A stretch of DNA of 62,957 bases, counting the filler, from Globobulimina sp. (taxonomy: Eukaryota): assembly GCA_003354225.1 (NCBI GenBank). It is 52 parts of 52 records of this genome, joined end to end, with 100 filler letters (N's around TTAATTAATTAA, not from the genome) between each part and the next. Parts side by side here need not be neighbours in the genome. Positions count along the whole stretch, not along the records: positions 47,302 to 48,413 come from PIVH01023193.1; positions 48,514 to 49,625 come from PIVH01023194.1; positions 49,726 to 50,837 come from PIVH01023195.1; positions 50,938 to 52,049 come from PIVH01023196.1; positions 52,150 to 53,261 come from PIVH01023197.1; positions 53,362 to 54,473 come from PIVH01023198.1; positions 54,574 to 55,685 come from PIVH01023199.1; positions 55,786 to 56,897 come from PIVH01023200.1; 44 more parts are not named here. One strand, written 5' to 3'. A model generated the notes under the pieces. The model was not told the DNA's origin. It did no database searches and saw only the letters and a program-made list of their open reading frames with translations. Shown piece by piece: positions 47,561 to 59,321 of this stretch. A program made the position numbers and the translations under genes. Numbering within the stretch: position 1 is the stretch's first letter; each line of letters opens with the position of its first letter.

Positions 47561-48047
47561 AGACGTCGTAGTTTTCAGAAGCAATTTGAGTTGAATGCTG
47601 AAATAGCCTCTTTAGCCAATCATATCACCGATACTATTGAAGATCCAGAGGAAACCAAAACAGCGGCTGAACAAATTCTTCAAAAAGTAGAATCCCGAAA
47701 TAAATTGCTTCAAGTTTGCGATCAACAACCGGGCCTCATGAATGTTATGGATAAAGCAAAAGAACTTTCGGATCTAAAAGATTTGTTGGGCTCCAATACT
47801 GATCCTACTTTGGCTGCTCTTATTATCCCAGAATTACTCAAGCAATCAAATCAATCTGAGAGCTCTAATTATCGTCGTCCTCAGCAGTCCTTTCTGCCAG
47901 CTGGGGGTCAAATCGCCCCCTATCAGCCACAAATGGTCAACCCCTATCAGTATCAGTCGCAAATTGTCACTTCGGCCGCTCCTCAAGCGCAATATCAACA
48001 GCCTGTGCTCGTCCCCAATCAGTCAGGCATGCTCATCTACCATGGTA
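47561..48047 (+). mobile_element. DIRS-like retrotransposon gag-like ORF fragment
   Basis: KQFELNAEI...RNKLLQVCDQQPG resembles the DIRS gag KQF.FN...RNKL..AD motif; Q/P-rich tail. Confidence 0.4.
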
Positions 48048-48190
48048 ATCGATACTGTTTAAAGGGTATACCCAACCCATACCCAATAATTGGGTAAGTA
48101 TGGGTATTTCGAGCGACATATACCCATACCTGAGTATGGGTATGACGGCAATACCCATACCCATACCTACCCAATTTTTACTAAAAATAC
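48048..48190. repeat. ATACCC/GGGTAT subterminal-type repeat array (MITE-like) interrupting the ORF
   Basis: Multiple atacccatacc and tatgggtat copies in both orientations. Confidence 0.65.
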
Positions 48191-48759
48191 TAGGTATTTT
48201 TATAGCCAATTTTCACCAAAAATAGAGCATTTTTTATGCCAAAATTTCGTAAATTTTGCTCGGAATTCATAAAATTATGCTTATTGTTGTGCAACAAGAT
48301 TTGGCTTGACAGTAGTTTTGAACATAAGCAGAAGGATTGGGCTTGTATAGATTTTTTTAATTTTTTAACTTTGAATTATATGTCATAAAAAGGGAAATAA
48401 CTGCTTAATAATGNNNNNNNNNNNNNNNNNNNNNNNNNNNNNNNNNNNNNNNNNNNNTTAATTAATTAANNNNNNNNNNNNNNNNNNNNNNNNNNNNNNN
48501 NNNNNNNNNNNNNATAAGTGGCGGGATAGTAAGGAGATGAGAGTGGATCGTCTCATGTTTGTAGATGACTAAGGACTGTATGTAGAGGTGTTGTTGGAGG
48601 GCCAATGGAGGCTTAGCGTGGTTTGGGATCCATGGTTGCGACTTAGATGTCTTCAAAACGGTTAAAAACTGTGAATTGTACAGTAGAAATTAGAAAAACG
48701 GAGAAACATTTAGAGTTAAAATAAAGCTTTAAAGGAAAGTATTAGTAAAAATAAGACAG

Positions 48760-49284
48760 TCAAATAGGAATTGAAGCACCAGATAGGAAGATATCCATCT
48801 CTGTCTTTTCAATGATGGCGTATACTCTCCATATAATCCATAATGAATATGAGACGATAGAGAACCATAACAGTACAAAAATTAATTGAGCATGACCTCT
48901 GATTGCAAAGATATTCAAAGCCAATATAAAATAAAATAATGTCAATACTAAGAAAAATACAAAATACAACATTGTAAATGATGGGTTTCCATTCAAAATG
49001 CCGTAAAATCCTGCAGTTACCACCAGTACGTAAATTGCAAATAATACCATCACCTCCACACTCACTAACGAGTGAATAGATGAATACATCACATATAACA
49101 GCACCGCTACACCCACTAACCAATGAATTAAAAGGATTAGTATTGATCCAGATTGTAAAGAAAAACAAAAGTGGCGTTCCGCTTTCATTTTGGAATGAAA
49201 TGTCATTTTATACAAGTCATGCATGGCATACATGCCATCATTTGGGTTTTGTAATATCTGTAATATCTCTCTTGATTCTGCCAT
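48760..49284 (-). CDS. Four-TM membrane protein
   Basis: HFCFSLQSG then four hydrophobic helices. Confidence 0.65.
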   Translation of the reverse strand: MAESREILQILQNPNDGMYAMHDLYKMTFHSKMKAERHFCFSLQSGSILILLIHWLVGVAVLLYVMYSSIHSLVSVEVMVLFAIYVLVVTAGFYGILNGNPSFTMLYFVFFLVLTLFYFILALNIFAIRGHAQLIFVLLWFSIVSYSLWIIWRVYAIIEKTEMDIFLSGASIPI

Positions 49285-49352
49285 TGTGTCACGGTACAAA
49301 TGTTTTTTTTTATTTTTATTTGTTTTAGTATAACTTAACTATATCGACAACA

Positions 49353-49625
49353 ATGACTGGTCTTTCACACTGCCAAGCATGTATTGTGTATGCCATACTG
49401 CTGATTATCACAATAACAACGAATTTTATTTTGCGTGGCCTTGGCAATCTGATATGGTGCTCATTATTATCAACAGCAACGTTACTAACCATTATTTATT
49501 TCTTATGCACCAAACCACCCCCAAGCATACCACCATTAGAAAAGCCCCAACAACAACAAGCAAAACAATCAGAACATGCTGAATCTCTCGTTTCTGTGAA
49601 TTCGGTACCCGCACCACCAACGCGT
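49353..49625 (+). CDS. Membrane protein, 5' part
   Basis: Two hydrophobic helices, then a P/Q-rich stretch. Confidence 0.5.
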
Positions 49626-49725
49626 NNNNNNNNNNNNNNNNNNNNNNNNNNNNNNNNNNNNNNNNNNNNTTAATTAATTAANNNNNNNNNNNNNNNNNNN
49701 NNNNNNNNNNNNNNNNNNNNNNNNN

Positions 49726-50547
49726 TCCATGCGTTTGTCCTCTCAGTAAATAAACCGAACCAGATTTTATTGCATCACTATCCTGCGGATCTTCAATTAC
49801 TTGAGTTGTGGTTGGAATATATCTCAACGTCAATCCAGCCCTCCGTTTGCCCGAATTATTTGCTAACGAACCATGTATTGACATTGGATGATGTATACTT
49901 ATTGAGCCAGCATTTAATTCTACATTTTGAACACTTAATTCTTCCTCTTTGCTTAATTCAATTTTATGCTGAGATTTGATAACATCCTCTTTAAAATCAT
50001 GAGGGGATAAATCTGTTACAGAGAGCTCTTGTTCATGTGAATAGGGCAACATTTGCATACATCCATTACTAACATTTGAGTCATCCGCAGCTAGCCATAA
50101 TGTGATTACTTCCATGGGTTTGAGAGGCCAATACGACCCGTCCTGATGCCAATGTATTGCTTTACCATCAACTCCCAACTTACAAACATAACATGATGCA
50201 AATAGGGCTAAATCATTAGTTCCTAAAAATTCAGCAACAATATCTAAAAATTTATCATGCGATACTAAACTTAGCCAAAACGGGTCGTCTCTCATAAACC
50301 AATGTTCTAACAATTCTGGATGTGTATTTGGATACTTTTTTAATAGCCAATCGATATGTTCCTGTACGCATTTTACTTCATCTTTGTCCAACACATCGCC
50401 AATTATTGTGTAGCCTCTCTCAGTATATTCCGCCACATTCTTTGCATACTGCGTTGCTTTCAATGCACCGGAACCAAAACGCATATGTTGCGATTTCAAC
50501 AGGGAAACAGCAATAAGTCTTTTACAACGGCCAGCCGCGCAATGCAT
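49726..50547 (-). CDS. Phytanoyl-CoA dioxygenase (PhyH) family Fe/2OG oxygenase with putative transit peptide
   Basis: WHQDGSYWP, ITLWLAADD..NGCM..LPYSH, IHGSLAN.SGKRRAGLTLRY. Confidence 0.92.
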
Positions 50548-50937
50548 TTCAAAAAAAGTTTTGTGGTCAGAAAAAAAACTAAAACTACTAAAAAATACAC
50601 ATTTACAATCACAAAAACGGATAATAATTCAGAAAAAAAAGTGTGTATAAGAAATATGTCACTCATTTCATATCAAACTCGGACCATTCCGCATCATCAG
50701 TTTCCTCAGGAATCATCAATAATTTATGTTTTTGGAATGTAGCCCTTCGTGATATCCTTAATGGCCGCCTATTCTTTGATTTTTTCTTTTGTTTATCTGC
50801 ATCTTCACTTTTCTCCTCATCATCCTCCTCTTCATCTNNNNNNNNNNNNNNNNNNNNNNNNNNNNNNNNNNNNNNNNNNNNTTAATTAATTAANNNNNNN
50901 NNNNNNNNNNNNNNNNNNNNNNNNNNNNNNNNNNNNN

Positions 50938-51747
50938 TTCATAAGAGTCCTCCAAATAACTCTCTTTCACCACGGGAATGCCGCATAATATGGAGGCTAA
51001 CACTTTGAATGTTATATTTGGCGCACCGTCAAAGATATTGCTTTTTGAGATTAACATTTGTGTGGTGCCAATCCGCCATTTCTTGTTTAAATTAATGGAT
51101 AAACTCTGTGCTTGTGATGTAAATAACGATGTCTTTTGTTTATCATATCCTGTGATGCATATCTCGCTCGGTATGAATATATTATGCATATCATCGACAT
51201 CTCGCTTTTGGAGTAACGATTTATTTCTATTTAATGATTGATTTGTTTTTTGTTGCATTTCATCAATCATTGCGGAATCAGGTGTATACGCTAATTGTTT
51301 TTTGCTTAATTTCCGTTTTTTGGGTGTCGGAGCATCCATTTCTTGATTATTTGCATCAAATAAGTTCCGTTTTCTTTTTTTAGTCAGACGGATATCTGTT
51401 TCTTTTTCTTGTTCGTCTTCGTCTTGTTCGTGTTTATCAGTGCTTGATATATTGAATAATTTTGCAGCACGTTTAATATTTGAGGATAAATCATGAAATG
51501 TGTCAACGATATTGTTAATGCAGACATTATTTGTTATTTCTTTCGTGAAATAACAACACTGACAATGAATGCATGAGCCCTCATTGCTTGATTGTTTAAA
51601 TGCACACGACTCACAAACATGATGTGAACAATTTAAAGTTCGCGCTGATTTTAATAGTTTGTTGCAATAATTGCATTTTAATATTTCATGTAATTCGTCC
51701 CGCAGTTTAATGCAGGCTTCAACTGTGGTTGTTGAGAAAGATGCCAT
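50938..51747 (-). CDS. RING-finger plus BRCT protein, BARD1/BRCA1-like (partial)
   Basis: LKCNYC..CSHHVCESC..CIHC; ICITG..TTQMLI..TFKVLASILCGIPVVKESYL. Confidence 0.75.
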
Positions 51748-52255
51748 TATAACACTTCGGAATAACCAAACTATATTCAAAACTTCTCAAAAAACATCTC
51801 TTTTCAACATCATTAATTTATCATGATCAAATATAGATGTTGACAAACAAAAACATGTGCGAGGATAGAAAAATAGAATATAATGTACAAATACCATTAC
51901 AGAACACACCAACAATCAAACATAAAAATGGTAAAAGAAAAAACATGACAACTAACAACAAGGAAAAACATAAATTATATTGAAAAAAAAAGATCACAAT
52001 TATACATTTCAAAATTCATCCTTTAAAAACATTTAATCTCTACAACTTCNNNNNNNNNNNNNNNNNNNNNNNNNNNNNNNNNNNNNNNNNNNNTTAATTA
52101 ATTAANNNNNNNNNNNNNNNNNNNNNNNNNNNNNNNNNNNNNNNNNNNNTAATCCTTTATCAAATTTTCTGATTAGTTACACGGCAAAAAAAACTAAATA
52201 AAAAGCAAAACCAAGATATATAATAATTATAATATTTAATAAAATAGATATTTTT

Positions 52256-53251
52256 CTACACAACAACCATCGTTTTTTTCATATCTTTTCTCCAATCCTT
52301 ATTTGAACGATACGGGATGGTGGCATCTTTTGCAGGATAACCAACGGGCACCAATAGAAATACTTTTTCATTTTTTTTTCTTCCACATATAGTCCTTATG
52401 GCTCTTTCAGCGCCCATTGGTGTGGACGGCAAGCTAACTAAATTCGCATTATGCAAGGCTGTAAACAACATTCCAGTGGCAATTCCCGTTGATTGATTGG
52501 GATAATAATTATCAATTTTCTCACCATTTCCACCAATTCTATACATTTCTTTCATGACAATTATCAAATATGGCACTGTGGTTAAATATGGTTTATGTAT
52601 CGAATCACTTGAATGCACATTTCCTACCACTGCTGTTACTGCGTCGACCCACGATTTCTTCATTCGTCTGTCATAATTTATTTGTTCTTCAGTCTCCACC
52701 ACTTTCCTTATTTGCCTTTTTTTCTCCTGTATATACAGAGTGTTTCCCACAATAGAAACGCAAATAATGTGTATACAGTGTACCAGATCAGCAACGACAA
52801 CAAATGTCCACGGCGAGAGATGAGCGCCACTCGGTGCGGTATTCGCAGCCGCGATGCAATTACGCACAACTTCAATATCAACTGGTTCATCACTAAAATG
52901 TCTGAAGGAACGTCGCATGTCCATAAATCTAAAGAAATCGCGTGATCTTTTTAATTGAATGTCCTTTGGAACTCGTTCGTATTTAACTGTTGCAAATTTA
53001 AATCCATTTTCTATTTGGGGGATTGTATTTTGTTTCACTGTGAATGGAATTAATGTATCATATCCTTGCGATTTTGAGTGGGTATTTGGGTTGTTTTCAC
53101 TCTTTTGTTTTGATCGTGAACGTGTTGATATATACTTTGCAAGAAATAATGAGGCTGCGATACAGGCACTTATTGATATAAAACCTCTGGGACTGGTGAT
53201 TAATTGAGCGAATTCATTTAATTTGCTATCAGAATTTGTATCAGCTGGCAT
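52256..53251 (-). CDS. IYD: Iodotyrosine deiodinase with N-terminal anchor; in-frame intron 52727-52783
   Basis: RRSFRHFS, TAPSGAHLSPWTFVVV, EEQINYDRRM, KPYL, YYPNQSTGIATG, STP, NEKVFLLVPVGYPA. Confidence 0.93.
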   Translation of the reverse strand: MPADTNSDSKLNEFAQLITSPRGFISISACIAASLFLAKYISTRSRSKQKSENNPNTHSKSQGYDTLIPFTVKQNTIPQIENGFKFATVKYERVPKDIQLKRSRDFFRFMDMRRSFRHFSDEPVDIEVVRNCIAAANTAPSGAHLSPWTFVVVADLVHCIHIICVSIVGNTLYIQEKKRQIRKVVETEEQINYDRRMKKSWVDAVTAVVGNVHSSDSIHKPYLTTVPYLIIVMKEMYRIGGNGEKIDNYYPNQSTGIATGMLFTALHNANLVSLPSTPMGAERAIRTICGRKKNEKVFLLVPVGYPAKDATIPYRSNKDWRKDMKKTMVVV

Positions 53252-53362
53252 TGGTATAACCNNNNNNNNNNNNNNNNNNNNNNNNNNNNNNNNNNNNNNN
53301 NNNNNTTAATTAATTAANNNNNNNNNNNNNNNNNNNNNNNNNNNNNNNNNNNNNNNNNNNNA

Positions 53363-54473
53363 AAGAAAAGAGGCCGAGGCAGACCGCCAAAGAAGAAAAA
53401 CACTCCAAATAAAAATAAAACTAAAAAGCGTAAAAAAAATAAAAAGAATAAAAATGATTTGGATGGATTTATTGTACATGATAACGAGGATCAGGATGAA
53501 GAGTATGAAGCGGGGTCGCTATCCCCGGCATCGCTAACCTCAGCATCCAGATCTCCGCAGTCGCCAACATACGCGGTGGCAGACTCTGATGACAATAAAC
53601 AAGAATATGATGTGAATGGGCCGCATTGGTTTGATTTCAATGACGAAGATATCACCGCAGTGTTAGGGTCAGAGATCGATGATTTGTATGATGGCGGCGA
53701 TGAAGAATGTCCGTATATGGTTATATACCGTCGGAAATGTATGAATACTGGCAATTGGCCACCGGAGATTCCTCCCTTTGTCTCTTCGTTGTTAATCGAT
53801 GAGCCATTGGATGCGGAAGAAGATAAACAAGAAATTAGTATTGGTATTGTTAAACTAACCGTATGTACATATTTCTATCTGTTATGTTTTATTTTGTGTT
53901 GTGATGTTATTACTAAGTTGGGTACAAAACTCGTGCGTAAAACAAATAGATTTCTATCAGATTCTGACTGTGACTCTGAGTCTGAGTCAAATGTTAATAT
54001 AGAAACTAGAGAGAATGAGGTGAGTATCGCTGCGCTGTCTAGCGACGATGATATAGATATTGTTATGAATGATTTTAAGATAAATACACCACCCAAATCT
54101 TTTATGCGTAACAGTAACAGTGACAGCAATGGCTCTTTGTCTGTAGCCATAGCCGCTAAGGTTCGGTCAGAGATTGTTATTATTTCTTCCGACGATGACG
54201 AATCTCCACAAAACTTAATCTGTGTAACGCCGAAATCTGTTTCTCCAAAACATAAACCAAACACAAATAAAGAAAACATATCAAATAATTCTCGGCATAG
54301 TAACAGTAAAAAAAGAAAGTTTGTGCTCATTTCAAATGAAAATAATAATCAAGTTACGAACTTACGCACGAGTTTTTTTGTTGATTTATTTCCAATTATA
54401 ACTATAACCAAAATTAAAATATACATAGAAGTTCGGAGAGGAGCCACAAAAAAAGAAACGCAAATTGCAACAA
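53363..54473 (+). CDS. AT-hook, acidic nuclear protein with SIM-like motifs, multi-exon
   Basis: KRGRGRPPKK; LDGFIVHD; IVIISSDDD; probable introns at ~53861 and 54353-54428. Confidence 0.55.
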
Positions 54474-54575
54474 NNNNNNNNNNNNNNNNNNNNNNNNNNN
54501 NNNNNNNNNNNNNNNNNTTAATTAATTAANNNNNNNNNNNNNNNNNNNNNNNNNNNNNNNNNNNNNNNNNNNNGG

Positions 54576-55304
54576 TTGAGTACATTTGGTGGTGAAGATG
54601 AATATCTTTTTATTGGAGGCGAGTTTACATTGAGAATAGAGTCCATTCGGGAGGTTATATCTAAGAATAATTATCATGCAATTTTTAAATCATTGTTTTA
54701 TTTCGATTGTGTATTGAATGGAGCGGACTTGTCACTGAAAACGGCCAGTAATAGGGATTGCAGCATCATAAATAGTTTGATAAGACATCATTTGAAAGAC
54801 GATGGATTTGAGAATACATATACTAAATATATTAATGATACATTCGGAGCATTTGTGTATAATAAGCGACAGATTGTATTGCATTTAGTGAATTGTCATT
54901 TCAACACTGGTTTGAATAAAATGGCAAAATTGATTTTGGATATTGGAAAAGAAGGATACTTGGAAGAAGGTGCTGTTCCAAAGCACATATTGTTTCAATT
55001 ATTTCCGAATGTGGATAATATTATTATTCATACGGGAAGAAGTGGCAGGCGACATTATATTGCTGTAGATTTGTCTAAATTATTAGCAGTAATTAGTTCA
55101 TCATCATCATTTATTACAAATGACTTAACAATTGCAATTGGAGCGCCACTAATTGCTGAAAATAAACCAGAGCTCAGTTCATCAGTCGAAGTTAGTTATG
55201 CTGCAAAAAAATGGAGAATTGTTGCCCCGAAGTTGAAGTTTGTTGGGAAACCAAACTGTCATTATCCAGGATATCATGATTGTTTAGTTATTACCAAAAT
55301 GTGA
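54576..55304 (+). CDS. C-terminal part of a protein with ART-like S.F..ExE.LF motif
   Basis: STFGGEDEYLFIGG..LRIESIR. Confidence 0.5.
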   Translation: MSTFGGEDEYLFIGGEFTLRIESIREVISKNNYHAIFKSLFYFDCVLNGADLSLKTASNRDCSIINSLIRHHLKDDGFENTYTKYINDTFGAFVYNKRQIVLHLVNCHFNTGLNKMAKLILDIGKEGYLEEGAVPKHILFQLFPNVDNIIIHTGRSGRRHYIAVDLSKLLAVISSSSSFITNDLTIAIGAPLIAENKPELSSSVEVSYAAKKWRIVAPKLKFVGKPNCHYPGYHDCLVITKM

Positions 55305-55785
55305 ATGTTTTATGCTCTTGCTTGTCTTTTATAATTTTTGATTCTTGATTCTAATGTTGCTGGTGTAATCATGTCATATTTCAATTGCCAATCACAAAGT
55401 AAACTAACGTTGGTCGAGTTGTTTCCATTTGACTTCTAAACACTTCTTTTGTGTGTGTTCCGGAGTTCAGTCTGGCCAGGCAGACTCAGAAATCCTCCGT
55501 AGCCAAAACTGCCGGACGATGTGAAAATTATTAGCGCCATTCAGGCACTTGGTTGCGGTGTAATAGAATAGTATATTCTGTTACTTTTATAGAATCGAGT
55601 ACATTCTATACGTTTGAGAAAAAATCCGAGATTTTGTTTTTTTTAGTACGAGTTTTGAAAATACCTTTTTCCAGACAGTAGTTCTNNNNNNNNNNNNNNN
55701 NNNNNNNNNNNNNNNNNNNNNNNNNNNNNTTAATTAATTAANNNNNNNNNNNNNNNNNNNNNNNNNNNNNNNNNNNNNNNNNNNN

Positions 55786-56897
55786 CCTTTAATAATTGAT
55801 ATTGTTGCCGGGCAAACTAATATTAATGAAAAAATCAATGGAAATCCAGGTTTTGCATAGAACGGCGAAAGTAAAACAATTAAAGCCGAAATTATACGCA
55901 ATATTTTCCTTGTTGATAGTTCTTTCCATAATCCATTAACAACATAAACCAGGCCAATGGTGATAATCAGTTCATCAGCACGAACAAGGCACAGCTTTAC
56001 CATTGATGTGCTAATATCAACAATGGAAACAATTACACCCATAATCATAAGTATTACCATACAAACTAAACCGGTTATTATTTTACGGTCGATTATTCGT
56101 AATGGATTAATTTTTCCGAAATAATAAACCATTAGCAATGTAAAGGATAGAAAGGAAATAAATCGTTGTTCATGTAAGTGTGTAAACAGGCCAAAGTCCA
56201 CAGGAAACCAGTGAAAACTGCAAAACCTGGAAATTTCAAACCAAAATGTGTCAGGAATTTCTCCGCCTGTAAAGTTTGATGGTTCATAAACAATATACAT
56301 CCAACTGCAGGAAATAAACAGGAACAATAGCCCACCAATTAATACTCCAGGCTTAATAATTCCTCTTGGTTGCATGCATAGAATGGAAAATATAAAAATC
56401 CCACCCAGTATTCCATAAATGGGGTTCGTAATAAAAGAAGCAGCAAGGGTCAATAATGAAAATATCGGATGTTCTCTAAGTATCAATGTAATAGCTAAGA
56501 TAGTAAGCATAAAGGATACATTGTTGAACTTTCCCTCAAGATATGGTCCAACTCGACCAAGATCCATATCAAGTGTATTGCTTGTTAAAAATAGCAGTAT
56601 AACAATTATTGAAATATATTTATTCACCTCTGGTAATATTGTCTTACAAAGAAAATGCAAAGAAAATGCAATTAATGCTATTTCAAAAGCCATAACAAAA
56701 GGGATTAATGTTTCAGGTTTAATACCCATGAATTTGAATGAAAGAAGGTAAATATGAGCAAAAGCCGATTTCCCGAAATTCTCAATTCCACTTGGAAAAT
56801 CGTTCGCGAAATTTTCTTTCTCTATTGTCTTATAAACCCATCCAATAGGTGAGTATCCTTTATATGGAGTTTTGTTTTCTACATTATATACAAATTG
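55786..56897 (-). CDS. Bacterial-type polytopic membrane protein (GT-C/DUF6798-like), partial
   Basis: Intronless ORF spanning the contig with many TM helices; ENF.NDFP, NPIYG, RFCSFHWFP. Confidence 0.5.
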
Positions 56898-56997
56898 NNN
56901 NNNNNNNNNNNNNNNNNNNNNNNNNNNNNNNNNNNNNNNNNTTAATTAATTAANNNNNNNNNNNNNNNNNNNNNNNNNNNNNNNNNNNNNNNNNNNN

Positions 56998-58066
56998 TGA
57001 TACAAGTGATATTATGCAATGTAGAGATAAATGTTTAGCAAATATGAATTGCGCAGCATTTAATTATGCGCCACTTGGAGGTGACCCAATCGCTCGAAAT
57101 GATATTGTTTGCACAATGTACGACAGCAGAGCACCAGACAGAACTTGGGGGTACCAAATATTTTGTGATTTAGTAACAAGTGATCCAACATCAGATCCAA
57201 GCACAAGTCCAACAACATCGAATCCAACAAAATCTCCAACATTAAACCCTACAAAAACTCCAACATCAAATCCAACCAAATATCCAACATCAAATCCAAC
57301 GTTAAACCCTACTAAATATCCAACCAAATCTCCAACTAAATATCCAACAGCAAATCCAACAAAATCCCCCACCGCATTTCCAACAACAAATCCAATAACA
57401 AAAGAGCCAACATTAAGCCCCACAGAACAGCCGACATCAAACCCTACAAAATCTCCGACCTCATTTCCAACAATAAACGAACCAACAAACAAACCAACGC
57501 TTGAAGGCCAAGTCGATGATGAATCGACCACAGCAAATGATGGGAATGGAAAAGAAGAAGAAGAAGCAATAAATGATGCATCGATTGGCTTATCGGAGAG
57601 AGAGTATATTATTTTATATATAATTCTTTTGATTATCGCATTGTTGTTGTGTTGCATCTGTGTGTTGGGGATGATTGTTCGAAGACGTTTCCATAATAAA
57701 ACGAAACAGAGTTATAAGGAAAATGTAAATGAAATTGGAAAGCAAACATTTGAGTTACAAAAGGTTCAAAGTGTATCGATATTTAATAACAGTAAAATTA
57801 TGCCAGCACCGCATGTCTCCGCGTCACCAAATGTGATTATTCAATATGAAAATGAACAAGAAGAGGATGATGCATTGTACGTAACAAACGAAGGCAATTC
57901 GTACAATGCTACACCAGTCACGCCATTGACTAAAGGTAATAATGAACCTGTCATTGCGGAGGATGATAATGGTGAATCGGATTTGGATATTAATATGGAT
58001 GCAGCAGACGAGTCTGATGATGATTTATATTCAAATAAAGATCAACAAACAACATCAAGACAATAA
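56998..58066 (+). CDS. Surface protein: PAN/Apple-like Cys domain, PT repeats, TM helix, acidic tail
   Basis: CRDKC..CAAFNY..CTMY; (PTxx)n; IILYIILLIIALLLCCICVLGMIV. Confidence 0.85.
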
Positions 58067-58293
58067 ATAATCGGAATTAAAACAGCTTGTAATTATTATT
58101 ACTCTTTTTNNNNNNNNNNNNNNNNNNNNNNNNNNNNNNNNNNNNNNNNNNNNTTAATTAATTAANNNNNNNNNNNNNNNNNNNNNNNNNNNNNNNNNNN
58201 NNNNNNNNNCAACTTTTTACCAAAAACAAGCTACCATTACGTCAGATCTTATCACAACGTTCAACATATATAATAATTACTAGAATCATACTA

Positions 58294-58578
58294 CCGTAAA
58301 TGCTCTATTAAACTGGCTGCCAGTTTATTTCGTTTAAATATTTTTGGATGCCAGTTAATTAGAGACTGCCAGTCAATTAGAGACTGCCAGTTTAATATTT
58401 AAACAAGGCTCACCATCTCTAAAACACTTAATTTGGCCATCTTCTGGGCCATCTGCAGGAAGTTCTCTATTAAACTGGTCATTCATGCCAGTTTAATAGA
58501 GACTGCCAGTTTATTAAGATGCGAGCGCCATAAACTGCCAGTTTATTAGAGACTGCCAGTGTAATAGAGAATTTACGG
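58294..58578. mobile_element. 285-bp Tc1/mariner-pogo-type MITE with TA target-site duplication
   Basis: TA|ccgtaaatgctctattaaactggc ... gccagtgtaatagagaatttacgg|TA (24-bp TIR, 2 mismatches); internal actgccagt/tagag repeats. Confidence 0.9.
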
Positions 58579-59157
58579 TAGGTGTGTCGGTGTTTATCCA
58601 AAGGAATCAAATTTGATTTATGTTTATTGAGTGCTCTATTTTTTATGACTATGTTCTCTATATGAAAATCGAAGTCAATAAGGTTATTTTTTTTAAATTT
58701 CTAATATTTTAATGCGTTTTCTAAATCTTGGTAATTTTATAGCGTCTGAATAGCATATTACAGTTTCTAAAAATAGCATACAACAAAAGAAGAAGACGCT
58801 GTCATCCAGTGGGTCTTCGCATCAAGTATATAAAGGCTCCGTCGCAGCCATTGTTACTTATATTACTCTCGAGTGATATACATACGTGACGACTCTTTTA
58901 TATTAGTCGTGTGTTTGTATTAATAGAAATTTACTTGTTATTTATTCAAAACGTTAAATCTTTTTAAATTTGGTACGTTAATTAACACTTAGGTTTTCGA
59001 TCTTTCAAATAAACGCCCAAGATTACATTAAATTTGACTTTTTAAAATGAAGATTTTTATTTAAATGTCTTTTCTGTTTTCAAAGCGATCGATCTGTTAG
59101 GTTTCACTTGTTTGCCGACAATAATATTGTTATTTCAGATAGTTTCACTTACGATTA

Positions 59158-59321
59158 ATGCTTCAATCAAAAATGGTTAAAAATCGTGATCAAGGCATCT
59201 GTAACATATGTGGAAAACTGGTTAAACATTTGCGGAACCATCAACGGAACTTGCACAAAGAAAAACTAATCATTTGTGGTTACTGCAACAAAAGTGTGTC
59301 TGAGACAAATCTGGCTCGCCA
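59158..59321 (+). CDS. C2H2 zinc-finger protein, 5' part
   Basis: CNICGK..LRNHQRNLH, CGYCNK..NLAR. Confidence 0.75.

Noticed and set aside
57064-57657. Long antisense VG-repeat ORF (also 25901-26452 and 12497-12773)
   Set aside because: Shadow ORFs of PT-repeat or low-complexity coding sequence
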